DNA of 64,000 bases from assembly GCA_043228905.1 (NCBI GenBank), contig JBHGNT010000014.1, positions 12,090,001-12,154,000 on the forward strand. The letters are read 5' to 3'. Positions 11,363 to 22,673 of this stretch are shown here, piece after piece; positions within the stretch are counted from its first letter, which is position 1, and every line of letters begins with the position of its first letter. The notes beneath the pieces were generated by a model that had not been told where the DNA came from, did not search any database, and saw only the letters and a program-made list of their open reading frames with translations. The position numbers and the translations under genes were made by a program. The stretch comes from Azolla caroliniana. Taxonomy: Eukaryota; Plantae; Polypodiophyta.

Positions 11363-14300
11363 ATGCAATTTGCATTTTCAGGTGAAAGAACACAAGATGC
11401 GGGTGCCTTTTTGGCATCTTTTGAGCATCATGCTGTCTCTATTGGACGCATCACCGACAATGAGAAGTTACCTTTATTAGTAGCTACATTCTATGGTCGA
11501 GCTCGAGATTGGTATGACTCTCTTCCTCCAAACCAACAGGGAGCATATCAATTGTTGGTGCACCAGTTTCGTGCCAAATATATTCAACGACGAAGTGCAA
11601 CCGAAGTAAGAGAAGAGCTATTTCGACTAAAGATGGAATCACCAATTGGTTTCACTGAGTATGAAAGAAATTTCAAGGATTTGTGGACTACATGGATTCG
11701 TCTTCGTGGCGGCACTGAAGACGAGTGGTTTAAAATGGAACGATTCAAGATGGGTCTTGATATGTATTTCCGTTTGGAAGCTAACTTGAAGGATCCCACA
11801 TCGTTTCAAGCTCTTATCCAAGTTTGTCAAGCTTATGATCGACAAGTGAAGATGATGAGCTCCTTGGGGGATCCCCAAATGACGGCTTTGGGTGCAAATT
11901 TGATGCCTCGTGCCAACTTTCAAGCCTCATCTTCAATTGTGCATGGGGGACAAGTGTTTCCAAATGTGTATACCACCACAACAATAAACCCAACAAGTAT
12001 ATCCCAAGAAGTTGAACAAGTGAGGAGTGAACAAGATACCATGGCATTGGTAAATCGGCGCTTTGATGAAGTGATGACCCACTTGCGACAATCCCAAGCA
12101 ATTCACAACACTATTCCCGATGGTGGTGGCTCTAGAGGGCATCACGGTGTAATTTGTTATTCTTGTCAAGAGGAGGGACACATCTCAACAAGATGTCCTC
12201 ATCGACAACAAAGAGGCATGGGAAGAGGCATTTATCAAGTGCAAAGGAATGGACAACGACCTAACAACAATGAAGTCGAAGGAAACGTAACACTCCCTAT
12301 GGCTCAGGTTCCTACAATTCCTCATAATGTGAATCTTCTTAATTTTATTGATGATAGTGATAATTCTTTTGAAGTAGCTCCTGTGAAAAGGACAAGGTCC
12401 TCGCAAAAGGAGAAAGAAGTTGAAGGAGAATCTAGTGCCTCAAGACAAAAGAAGAAGTCTAAGGAGAATGAGAAAGAGGAAAAATTGAGAAGGAGACACT
12501 CTAGAAGAAAGATCAAGATGGAGGACATTCCTATGGGTGAAGGTGTAGAAGCTTTCAATTTGAAGCATGAGTTGATTTCAAGTGGACCAAGGATAACATG
12601 GCCGCAACTTCTCCAATTATCTCCCACATTACGAAAGGAGTGGGGGCGACTTGCAAGTATTCGCCAAAGTCGGAAGACTGTGCATTATGTGGGAATCGTG
12701 CGAGTAGAAGATCGAAAGGACATACGACCCACCATCCCCGTCTCCATCAAAGGGTTTCACATCAAAGATGCGTTGGTTGATAGTGGTGCTAGAGTAAGCT
12801 TGATTTCTGAATTTGTGGTAAACAAAGTGGGAATTCCTATAAGTAGGTCATCTTCGGCAAGAGTGGCTGTAGCCGATGGTGGAGTGGTCCATTGCATTGG
12901 CATAGTGGAGGATGTTGTCATCAAGTGTTTTGGGGTAAGCATTTCCATGGATTTTCATGTAATACCACTAAAAGGACCGTCATATTCTTTGGTACTAGGA
13001 CGACCATGGATGCAAGAACTCAATGTTGTCCAAGATTGGAGCAAAGGTTTGATGACCATAACGCCATCAAAAGGAGTGAGCATACATTATGATATGCGGC
13101 AACAAAGACTTATTGAGAAAGAAGAAGATGGAATAACTGAATATGATAGTGGGTCCGCATATGAAAGTGATGAAAGTGAAGATTCCTCGTCAGAATGGGA
13201 AATGACCACATCATATGCCGTTTTGAAGGAAGAAGATGATGAAAGAGGTTTAATTACTATGGAGCAAAAAGAGAAGATGATTTCTAAAGATCTTAAAGGG
13301 CAAGAGAGGCAACAATTTATTAATTTGATTTCTGAATTTCCTAACCTTTTCATTAGTGATTATGCTCATATTAGGGGTGTAGATGTCATCCAACATCACA
13401 TAAATCTAAAGGAGGGTACAACTCCCGTTGCGCAAAAGTTGCGAAGGCTAGGTCACGTGCAAAAGGAGGCCTTATTAAAGGAAGTCAAAGCTTTGTTGCG
13501 TGCACAATTCATTTACCCAGTGGAAGATTCTGAATGGGTTTCGCCCATTGTGGTGGTACCTAAAAAGAATGGAAAATGGAGGGTTTGTGTTGATTACAAA
13601 CCTCTAAATGCGGCTACCAAGAGGGATCACTTTCCTCTCCCTTTCCAAGATGAAATATTAGATGAAATTGCGGGTCATGAAATGTACTCTGTTTGTGATG
13701 GCTATTCAGGTTATTTTCAAATTCGTATTGCGGAAGAGGATCAAAAGAAGACGACATTCATCACTCCATGGGGATGCTTTGCATATCGATGCATGCCCTT
13801 TGGACTCACAAATGCTGTTTTTACATTTAATCGTCTTGCTATTCATGTATTCCAACCATTCTTTGGAAAGTTTGTTAGAGTCTTTATGGATGACTTTGCA
13901 ATTTATAGTAGCAGGAAAGACCATTTGGAAAAGGTTCGCTTGGCATTCAAAAGATTGGAGGAATGCAAAATGCAACTCAACCCAGAGAAGTGTCACATAG
14001 GTGAAAAGGAGGTGGTGATGCTTGGTCATGTGGTGTCTCAAGAAGGAATCAAAGTTGATAGCTCAAAGATTGAAGCAATTCAAAAGATGACAACACCCAC
14101 GAGTATCAAAGATTTGGAGGTATTTGTTCAAAAAGTTCGTTACTTTGAACGATTCATTCATATGTTGGCCCAAATTCTCTATCCTTTTCGCATTATTCTT
14201 CGCACCAACAACTTCTTGTGGACATCTACAACTGAAGAGCAATATGTAAGAATAAAAGAACTATTATGTAATGCTCCTATTCTAAAGCCACCTGATAGAA

Positions 14301-16522
14301 CATCTACCTTCTTTCTTTCTCTTAGTGTTGGATCTCATGCTATAGGAGCCATTCTTATGCAACAAGATTCTGAAAATAGGCTTATGCATCCTATATATTT
14401 TATTAGTAAAGCCATGTCTGATGTAGAGAAAGAATTCTTAGAAGTAGAAAAGTGGATGTTAGCTCTTATATATGCTTGTAAAAAGTTTAGAAGCTATCTA
14501 CTACCTCATCATTTTGTAATAATCACTAGCATGTCATTACTCCCATATGTACTCCAACATGTGAGCATTTCAGCACGAATTGCTAAATGGGCTCTACTAT
14601 TGGCGGAGTTTGATTTTGAAGTCAAATTGGAATCAACTATGCGTGCCGAATTGGCGGATCTTCTCACCTTTAGAGAAACCTTTCATGAAGAAGACTTGGT
14701 AAAGCTACGAAAGGCACTTCCCGAGCCGGATATGGAGGATGCATTCACCTTATTCTTTGATGGGGCATTTCGCAAAGCCACAAACATAGCCGTGGGTGGG
14801 ATTATTCTCAAGGATCCTCAAGGAGACAGAGTAAAAAGTGAAGGTATTACATTAAGTGGTGTGAATTCAAATAATGAAGCGGAGTATGCTACCTTGTGTT
14901 ATGGTCTTCGTCTATGTAAAGCTATGAAGATAAAAAGATTAATTCTTAAGGGTGATTCCTTATTGGTAATTAAACAAATTCAAGGCAATTGGAAATGTCA
15001 AAGTGATGGGCTTAGAAATTTTTATAAAGAAGCAATGAGTCTACTAAGGTCTTTTGAAAAGATACAGGTTAAGCATGTGGGGAGATTATACAATAAAGAA
15101 GCGGATGCATTAGCTCAAGCCCAATTAGATAAGATCAAGGAAGGTTTCGTTGGTGTTTTGGAGACGTGCAAAGATGTAGACTCCCTAGAGGAAGTACATA
15201 ATTTTCTTAATAAAGGAGAGTTTCCAAATAACCTCAATGCTTTGCAAAGAAAGCGTTTGGTGGCAAAGGCTTCACAATATCATTTGGTGGGTGAAGATTT
15301 GTACAACAAAGGGAAAGATGGAGTTTTACGAAGAGTTCCTAACAAAAGCGAGATTATAAAGATACTCTTTAAGTTGCATGAAGAAGTTTGTGGTGGGCAT
15401 TTAGCCCATGATATAATGATAAGAAAGATTTTACTAATTGGTTTTACATGGCCTACTATCCATAGGGATGTGCATGATTGGTGTAGATCTTGTGATGCAT
15501 GTCAAAAAGCGGGAATAAGACATCTACAAAGTGGACCTTTACAACCCATTGTGGTGTTTGCTCCATTCGAGAAATGGGGAATTGATGCAGTAGGACCTCT
15601 TCCGAAAACTCAACATGGTAAAGAGTTTATTTTGGTGGCCATTGACTACATGACAAAGTGGGTGGAAGCTATAGCAACTTCCTCGATTAAAGCCAAAGAT
15701 GTAGCCCAATTTGTGTATAAGAATATTTGTACTAGATTTGGAGTTCCCATGGAGATTGTATCCGATCATGGACCCGGTTTTAGGAGTGAAATGTTAGCTT
15801 GTCTATTAAGCAAGTTGAAGATTAAGCATCGATATTCAACGCCTTATTATCCTCAAGCAAATGGTGCAGTTGAGAAAGTGAATGGGCTTATAGTGAAGAA
15901 TTTGACAAAGTTAGTGCAAGACAAAGTAAGAACATGGGATAGGTATTTGGATGATACTCTTTGGGCTTATAGAGTTTCTTATAAATCCTCCACAGGTTTT
16001 ACTCCTTTTTATTTGGTTTATGGAAAAGAAGCGTTACTTCCGATCGAACTTGAGATCAAAAGTAATAGACTAATGGAGGCATCGCATCGCTCAAAAGGAA
16101 ATGATGTGATGAGTCGTTTAGCGAGCAACCATCTACTACAATATTCAAGAGAAGAAGCTGTGGAGCATTACTTAAATCAAGCAATGAAGAGAAAGGAGGC
16201 ATATGACAAAAAACACAAGGGCAACCACATTGAAGAAGGATCATTGGTTCTTAGGTATGATAATAGATATGATTATATTCAAGGACAAAAGCTTGATAAT
16301 AAGTGGGAAGGACCCTTTGTGGTTCACAAAAAGTATGACAACGGAAGTTACCAATTGAAAGATGTGGATGGAGCACTTCATTCTTATCGAGTGAACGGAT
16401 GGCGCCTTAAAAAGTATGTAACTCGGGGACCTACTTATATTCCCCAAGTTACTAATGATATTGTTGATACGGATGGATGGGAGCAAGAAGTGGACTTGTT
16501 TCCCCATACATTATTCTCTTAA
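11363..16522 (+). CDS. Single-frame Gag-Pol polyprotein (GAG-CCHC-PR-RT-RH-aRH-INT), about 1719 aa
   Basis: First ATG after the PBS. Motifs: CYSCQEEGHISTRC, LVDSGA, FMDD, degenerate RH, aRH (FFDGA...NNEAEY...GDSLLV...NKEADALA) and INT (H-H-C-C, GIDAVG, SDHG, NGAVE, GPF). Confidence 0.95.
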   Translation: MQFAFSGERTQDAGAFLASFEHHAVSIGRITDNEKLPLLVATFYGRARDWYDSLPPNQQGAYQLLVHQFRAKYIQRRSATEVREELFRLKMESPIGFTEYERNFKDLWTTWIRLRGGTEDEWFKMERFKMGLDMYFRLEANLKDPTSFQALIQVCQAYDRQVKMMSSLGDPQMTALGANLMPRANFQASSSIVHGGQVFPNVYTTTTINPTSISQEVEQVRSEQDTMALVNRRFDEVMTHLRQSQAIHNTIPDGGGSRGHHGVICYSCQEEGHISTRCPHRQQRGMGRGIYQVQRNGQRPNNNEVEGNVTLPMAQVPTIPHNVNLLNFIDDSDNSFEVAPVKRTRSSQKEKEVEGESSASRQKKKSKENEKEEKLRRRHSRRKIKMEDIPMGEGVEAFNLKHELISSGPRITWPQLLQLSPTLRKEWGRLASIRQSRKTVHYVGIVRVEDRKDIRPTIPVSIKGFHIKDALVDSGARVSLISEFVVNKVGIPISRSSSARVAVADGGVVHCIGIVEDVVIKCFGVSISMDFHVIPLKGPSYSLVLGRPWMQELNVVQDWSKGLMTITPSKGVSIHYDMRQQRLIEKEEDGITEYDSGSAYESDESEDSSSEWEMTTSYAVLKEEDDERGLITMEQKEKMISKDLKGQERQQFINLISEFPNLFISDYAHIRGVDVIQHHINLKEGTTPVAQKLRRLGHVQKEALLKEVKALLRAQFIYPVEDSEWVSPIVVVPKKNGKWRVCVDYKPLNAATKRDHFPLPFQDEILDEIAGHEMYSVCDGYSGYFQIRIAEEDQKKTTFITPWGCFAYRCMPFGLTNAVFTFNRLAIHVFQPFFGKFVRVFMDDFAIYSSRKDHLEKVRLAFKRLEECKMQLNPEKCHIGEKEVVMLGHVVSQEGIKVDSSKIEAIQKMTTPTSIKDLEVFVQKVRYFERFIHMLAQILYPFRIILRTNNFLWTSTTEEQYVRIKELLCNAPILKPPDRTSTFFLSLSVGSHAIGAILMQQDSENRLMHPIYFISKAMSDVEKEFLEVEKWMLALIYACKKFRSYLLPHHFVIITSMSLLPYVLQHVSISARIAKWALLLAEFDFEVKLESTMRAELADLLTFRETFHEEDLVKLRKALPEPDMEDAFTLFFDGAFRKATNIAVGGIILKDPQGDRVKSEGITLSGVNSNNEAEYATLCYGLRLCKAMKIKRLILKGDSLLVIKQIQGNWKCQSDGLRNFYKEAMSLLRSFEKIQVKHVGRLYNKEADALAQAQLDKIKEGFVGVLETCKDVDSLEEVHNFLNKGEFPNNLNALQRKRLVAKASQYHLVGEDLYNKGKDGVLRRVPNKSEIIKILFKLHEEVCGGHLAHDIMIRKILLIGFTWPTIHRDVHDWCRSCDACQKAGIRHLQSGPLQPIVVFAPFEKWGIDAVGPLPKTQHGKEFILVAIDYMTKWVEAIATSSIKAKDVAQFVYKNICTRFGVPMEIVSDHGPGFRSEMLACLLSKLKIKHRYSTPYYPQANGAVEKVNGLIVKNLTKLVQDKVRTWDRYLDDTLWAYRVSYKSSTGFTPFYLVYGKEALLPIELEIKSNRLMEASHRSKGNDVMSRLASNHLLQYSREEAVEHYLNQAMKRKEAYDKKHKGNHIEEGSLVLRYDNRYDYIQGQKLDNKWEGPFVVHKKYDNGSYQLKDVDGALHSYRVNGWRLKKYVTRGPTYIPQVTNDIVDTDGWEQEVDLFPHTLFS

Positions 16523-16783
16523 TAGTCCATATTGTAGACCCATCTTTCTCTCTATTAACAAAGAGGAAGATGGTAATAGTGATTATCTTTTTTATTTGTA
16601 GAGAATGTGAGGTTTTTCCTACCGATTAGCGGGGGTTTTACTCACATCTTTTTATTTTCTTTTTATTATATCTCTCTCATTGTCTATAGCCAAGAGATTG
16701 GCGAGAGAGCTTTTGTTTGTTAAGTACTGCCAATAAGTGCTTCGCCATAAATGGCTTAGCCTCTAACAAGGGGGAGGGCTAAA

Positions 16784-17531
16784 TGTGAAAGTGTTTTTAG
16801 AATCTAAGCCATTGAACATTAGGAGAATATAAAGTATAGATAATTCACCTTTTGAGGATAAGAACACGAACTAAGATCTTAGGGAAGAAGTCAAAAGTAA
16901 AAGTACGAGACCAAGAGAAAAGTAAAAAGAGAAAACGCAGACTATAAAAAACAGTAAAAATAGAATGGTCATAACTCCCTCGTTGTTTATCCAAATATCA
17001 CGTTTAAATATGGATTAGAAAGCTTGTAAAAAGAGCTTTCTATAGCTTTTTAAATCGCTTAATTTGGATATCGGATGAGGGAGATATGACGATTAGAAGG
17101 TTGATGTGTCATAGCTAAAAATAGGGAGATAAAAAGCTTCTAAAAATAGCATGAACGTGGATAAGAAGAGGAAGGTTATAAAAGAAGAAGTAATATTAGT
17201 GAGGAGGGGGGCAAAGAGTGAAAGAAAAGAGTGGATGAGGAGTGTTAGGAAGAAGTGTCTTTGTGGAAGAGGAAGTGTCTTAGAAGAGGAAGGTCTTTGG
17301 TTTTAGTTCAATGTGGAGTTTGTCTCCTTTGTATTCTCTTGATGTTGGAATATCAGAATATTCTTATTTCTTGCTCGCTTTCTCTATCTTTTTTCTTAGT
17401 TTCTTGAGTTATACTCTCTAATCATAATTACCTAGAGCTATATAATATATTATGATTTTCAACTCCATCTAATCGGTTTGATCAAGCCCTCATATAGTGT
17501 ATAACTATCTATTATCTTATACACTCTATCA
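16784..17531 (+). repeat. 3' LTR of the Tat-type element
   Basis: Direct repeat of 10527-11274. Confidence 0.95.
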
Positions 17532-18648
17532 AATATCAATCTGTTTTCTCAGAATTTCAATGCTTGAAGGAGAAGTTCCATGCTTTGGAACAAGAAAACC
17601 AACGGTTGCTGGGGGATCTTCAGCAAATCTCCTTAGAAAAGCAGCAAACGCAACAACATCATGGGCAACTTGCGTTACGTGTGCAACAACTCGAAGCAAC
17701 CATCGTAGCGATGCAACAACAAGGGCCCGGAACACAAGGGATTCATAAAGAACCCAAGATTGGTCTTCCCACGAAGTTCGATGGAACGCGATCGCAGTTT
17801 AGAGGGTTCCTTAACCAGGTATGATTAGTTATTCAAATGCATCCTTCCCGATATCCCACCGATGCATCACGAGTGGGTTTAGTAGGCACTTTGTTAAGTG
17901 GCTTAGCGTTGTCATGGTTCGCTCCACTATTAGAAAAGGAATCTCCGTTACTCAACAATTTTGAAGAGTTTCTAGGTGAGTTTAAAGCATGTTTCGGAGA
18001 TACTGACAGCATCAGGACCGCAATCAACAAAATCCAGCGATTACGCCAAGGTGACCGTCTAGCCTCCGCATATGCTGCAGATTTTCGCCTACTCGCCGCT
18101 GATATCCCTTGGGATGATCAAGCGTTGATGGAGCAATTCCGTTATGGTTTACACAACGACGTCAAGGATTTACTCTTGACCTTCCCCGAAGAGCCAAAGT
18201 CCTTAATAGAAGCAATCAGTCGCACGGTGAGATGTGACAACCGCCTCTTTGAGCGATGTTCAAAACGACAGCTACAGATGCCGAGGGCAAGATCAGAGCC
18301 CACCTACGCCTCAGTGGTAGCAAGACCTTTTCCGAGGGAGTCATATAATGCGCCTCCAGCGAATACTCCGACTCCGATGGAGATTGACACTACACGTCGT
18401 CGAGGGCCATTATCTGAAGAAGAAAAGCAGTGACGTCGTACAAATCGACTATGTCTTTACTGCGGTGGACCAGGACATATCGCAATAAATTGCCCCCATA
18501 GGCCAAGAAGACAGGTAAACCAAATAGTCGCTAGTTCTAATTGTACTAAACCCGAGCCTATTTCAGTAGGGATATCTGATAGTCCTAATAGTACTAATAT
18601 CCCAGATCTAGCAAACAAATTTGATGTCCTTAGTCAGTTAGAAGAAGA

Positions 18649-18701
18649 GTTAAACGACTAAGTCCAGCCAAAATAGGAGCCGTTTGGTTGGACAGCCCTA
18701 G
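18649..18701 (+). promoter_or_regulatory. Putative -1 ribosomal frameshift signal (gag/pol)
   Basis: G-TTA-AAC in the gag frame just before TAA. Pol is open in the -1 frame. An 11-bp stem GTCCAGCCAAA/TTTGGTTGGAC starts 6 nt downstream. Confidence 0.75.
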
Positions 18702-21700
18702 ATCTGTGCAGCCCATTAGTGGTTCCATTCCCTCTAATCAAGTTAGTGATGTGTTCGTAGCCCAAGTAATAGTTAGTACTAAAAGTACCCCTCTAGTACA
18801 TGTCCTAGCACTCCTAGATTTCGGAGCTAACTCTTGCTTTATGGATAAGAAATTTGCTCAAGCTCATAAGATATCCCTAAGAAAACTCCAGTGTCCAGCC
18901 TCTGTAGTAGTCATTGATGGACGTCCCATTGCTTCCGGAAATATCATAGAAGAGTCAGAGCCCATTAATATTGTCCTAGATAACTTAGCATGTGTAGTAT
19001 CATTTAATATTATTAGTATCCCAGAACATCCTATAGTTTTAGGATTACTGTGGTTCGAGTTACATAACCCAGACATAGATTGGAGAACAAGAGAAATCCA
19101 GTGTCGACAAACCCAAGGGTCAACTCAGAAGATGGCAACCATTTCGCTACGTTAGTTGCGTAAAGAAGGGCGCAAGGAGGAAATGTTCCTCTTTGCAATA
19201 TCAGTAAACCCCTCCAGCACCACTAAAGAAGAATCCACCGTTCAACTTCTCGAGAAGTATCGTCATTACGCCGATTTGTTCGATAAAGTACAAGCCAACA
19301 CACTTCCTCATCATCGACCGTACGATTGCCCCATCGATTTACAACCGGGAAAAGAGCCGCCATGGGGACCGATCTACAATTTGTCACCAACTAAGCTGGA
19401 AGTCCTTCGGGCCTATATAGAGGAGAATTTGGAAAATGGTTTCATTCGGCATTCGAAATCTCTAGCCGGCGCGCCCATTTTCTTCGTCAAGAAAAAGGAT
19501 GGATCGCTTCGTCTCGTTGTAGATTACCGTGGCTTGAATAAGGTTACAATCAGGAATAGGTATGCTCTTCCCCTTATCTCAAGTCTTTTAGAACGGATCA
19601 ATGGTGCCAGGTTCTTCACGAAGATCGACTTACGGGGAGCATATAACCTCGTACGGATCCGACCAGGAGACGAATGGAAGACCGCGTTTCGCACCAGATA
19701 TGGGCACTTCGAGTATACGGTCATGCCGTTCGGCCTCACTAATGCGCCGGCAGTTTTCCAGCACATGGCTAATGTATATTCCGAGATCTATTGGATGATT
19801 GTTTGATCATCTATTTGGATGATCTACTGGTTTATTCAAAGACCCAAGAAGAACATGATTCTCATGTACTATTAGTACTAAAACGACTTCGAGAACATGG
19901 TCTGTATGCAAAGCTGGAAAAATGTAGTTTTGGGTGCAACCAAGTGGAATTTCTCGGCTACATCATTTCGTCAGAAGGCATCTCCATGGACCCAGCTAAG
20001 GTCAAAACGGTGGTAGAATGGCAGACTCCGCGTTCGGTGCGGGATGTGCAATGCTTCTTAGGCTTTGCCAATTTTTACCGGAAGTTCATACAAGATTACT
20101 CAAAGATCGTTCTACCTCTCACACAACTTACCAGGAAGGGACAACCGTTCATCTGGTCTGAAGAAACGGACATGGCTTTCGAGAGTCTTAAAAAAGCATT
20201 TACATCGGCTCCAATTCTAGCTCATGTCGATCCGGAAAAACCATTCATTATCGAAGCTGACGCATCGGATTTTGCATTGGGGAGCATTCTGTCACAACAG
20301 GGGAATGATGAGAAGCTACATCCTGTGGCTTTTCACTCACGCAAGTTCGACGCCGCCGAAATCAACTACGAAATTCATGATAAGGAGCTATTGTCAATAG
20401 TGGATTCTTTTATGCAATGGAGGCATTTTCTGGAGGGATCCTCTCATCCAGTCACCGTATTTAGTGACCACAAGAATCTTGCCTACTTTCAGGATGCTCG
20501 TGTGTTGAATCGACGTCAAGCTCGATGGGCCCACTTCCTCACGCGTTTCGACTTTAAAATTACATATCGTCCGGGGAGGCACCAAGGGAAGGCAGATGCA
20601 TTATCATGGCGTTCGTATCTAGCACCCCGTCCCGGCGAGCCAGCTTTCGATAACCAAAAACAAGTCATCTTGGGATCGGCACGACTACAAGCAACACAGA
20701 TCTTTGACATGCCTATGGATTCCCGCGTTATCGATACCATACGTGAAGACTTGAAGACAGATGCGTTCGCCCAAGCTATACTAGCACAAATTGATCCCTC
20801 TCGAGCGTCGTGTTCACAGTTGCAACCACCAGGTACGGACTATCGGCAATTCAAATACCGTGATGGATTACTCTTCTTTAAAGAACTTTTGTATGTTCCT
20901 AATGGTTCTTGCCGCCTTCGAGTAGTACAAAACTGTCATGACACATATACAGCTGGGCATTTTGGTAGTACTAAAACATTACATTTAGTACAACGAACAT
21001 TCTGGTGGCCCTGTATGCGACAATTTGTCGAGGATTTTGTTCAGACTTGTGATACATGTTGCAGAGCAAAAATGCCAAGGCATCATCCATATGGTTTATT
21101 AGAACCATTACCAATTCCAATCAAGCCGTGGCAATCCATTGCTCTAGACTTCATCACAGATCTTCCAGTCTCTAAGGGGTTCAATGCGATTCTAACGGTG
21201 GTCGATCGATATACGAAGATAGCTCATTTCTTGCTATGTACTAAGGAGATCTCCAGTGAAGACACTGCCGAAATTGTCATGCGTGAAGTATGTCGGCATC
21301 ATGGACTTCTCGATAGTATCATCAGCGACTGTGGACCCCAGTTCGTGTCAAAATTCTGGAAGCACCTTTTTAACATGCTCAAGGTCACTTGTAACCTCTC
21401 CTCCGGCTACCACCCACAAACCGACGGCCAAGCTGAACGAACAAATCAAACGTTGGAGCAGTATCTGCAGTGCTTTCTCAACTATCATCAAGATGACTGG
21501 GTAGATATTCTCCACTTCGCTGAATTTGCCTATAACAACTCTATCCACGCATCCACTAAAGTTACGCCATTTTATGCTTATACGGGATGTCACCCCCGGT
21601 GGAGTGTACTTGAAACCCTAGAGGTGTCCCCAAATCCGTGCGCGGAGGATCGTTTGGAGCAGTTACGCAAGATACAAGCGGATTTATCTACTCATCTCCA

Positions 21701-22236
21701 ACAAGCTCAACAAACACACAAGGTCTACGCGGATCGTCATCGACTTCCATCCAATTTTAATATTGGAGATCGGGTGTGGCTACTACGACTACACATCAAG
21801 ACTACTCGTCCATGTGAGAAGTTAGATTATCGGCGATTAGGTCCTTTCCGTATTATTGGACAGATTAATGATGTCGCTTTTCGTCTCGATCTACCTCCTC
21901 AACTTCGGATACATCCGGTGTTTCATAGTTCTCTCCTCGAACCCTACCACGAGAGCACCATCCCAGGACGTCTTATCCAACCTCCACCCCCGATCGAGCT
22001 TTAAGAGGGGCCGGAGTACGAGGTTGCCGCCATCCTTGATTCCAAGATTGTTCGCAACAAGCTCTACTATCTAGTCGATTGGCTAGGCTATAGCCCCAAC
22101 GAACGTACTTGGGAACCGATCGAGAATGTGACCAATGCTCGTGCTCTTCTTGAAGACTTCCATCGTCAATATCCACACAAACCAGGTTCTCAATCCAAGA
22201 CGACTCGTGACACTCGTCGTTTTAAAGGGGGGATAG

Positions 22237-22673
22237 TGTCATGATATGGCAAGACTCGAACCCATGACCTTAGGTTATATGGGTCGAGCTCTTGACCATT
22301 ACATCCTCTATTGTAATACGTAGGATATTATTTTCATTTACATTTTATTATAGGAAATTAGTGTATATTCCAGATTTCTCTGGAACATTCTAGAAGCTTC
22401 AGGATTACTCCTGAAAACACTATAAAAGAGGGCACTAGGCATTATATTGAACCAAATTGGTTCAACGCCAGTCTTAAGCCTTTTTAGCCACCATTGTATA
22501 TTCTCTTCATATAATACATATCTTTCTTATCATCACTCTCTCGATCTCTCGATCTCTCTCTTTCTCTCCGTCTCGCTCACTTCTTCCTTCTCTCGAAGAA
22601 GTTCCACACCTCTCATAGTACTAATCCTTCGTTTAGTACTAATTCCTTCTCTGTCTCAGTACTGTTCCTGACA
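22237..22673 (+). repeat. 3' LTR of the Tcn1-like element
   Basis: Direct repeat of 9988-10424. Confidence 0.95.

Larger units (their letters stand above)
10527..17531 (+). mobile_element. Intact Ty3/gypsy non-chromovirus, Tat-type with additional RNase H
   Basis: 748-bp LTRs at 10527-11274 and 16784-17531 with one substitution seen. Perfect TSD AATAT. PBS TGGCGCTCCAGGGAGGG (tRNA-Arg-like, 11278-11294). PPT AAGGGGGAGGG. Confidence 0.96.
10500..22170 (+). pseudogene. Tcn1-like gag-pol with C-terminal chromodomain (10500-10526 joined to 17537-22170)
   Basis: Removing the insertion restores MATVSTEEY|QSVFSEFQCLKEKF. Motifs: gag, CCHC (CLYCGGPGHIAINC), PR (LLDFGA), RT (YLDD), RH (EADASD), INT (HHCC, LDFITD), GPF and chromodomain EYEVAAIL...YLVDWLGY...TWEP. 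Premature stops near 17822, 18431, 19153 and 22002, and a frameshift near 19785. Confidence 0.92.
9988..22673 (+). mobile_element. Ty3/gypsy chromovirus, Tcn1-like, full length, interrupted by a Tat-type element
   Basis: 437-bp LTRs at 9988-10424 and 22237-22673 with 4 substitutions seen. Perfect TSD CATTC (9983-9987 and 22674-22678). PPT AAAGGGGGGATAG before the 3' LTR. No tRNA PBS. Confidence 0.95.
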
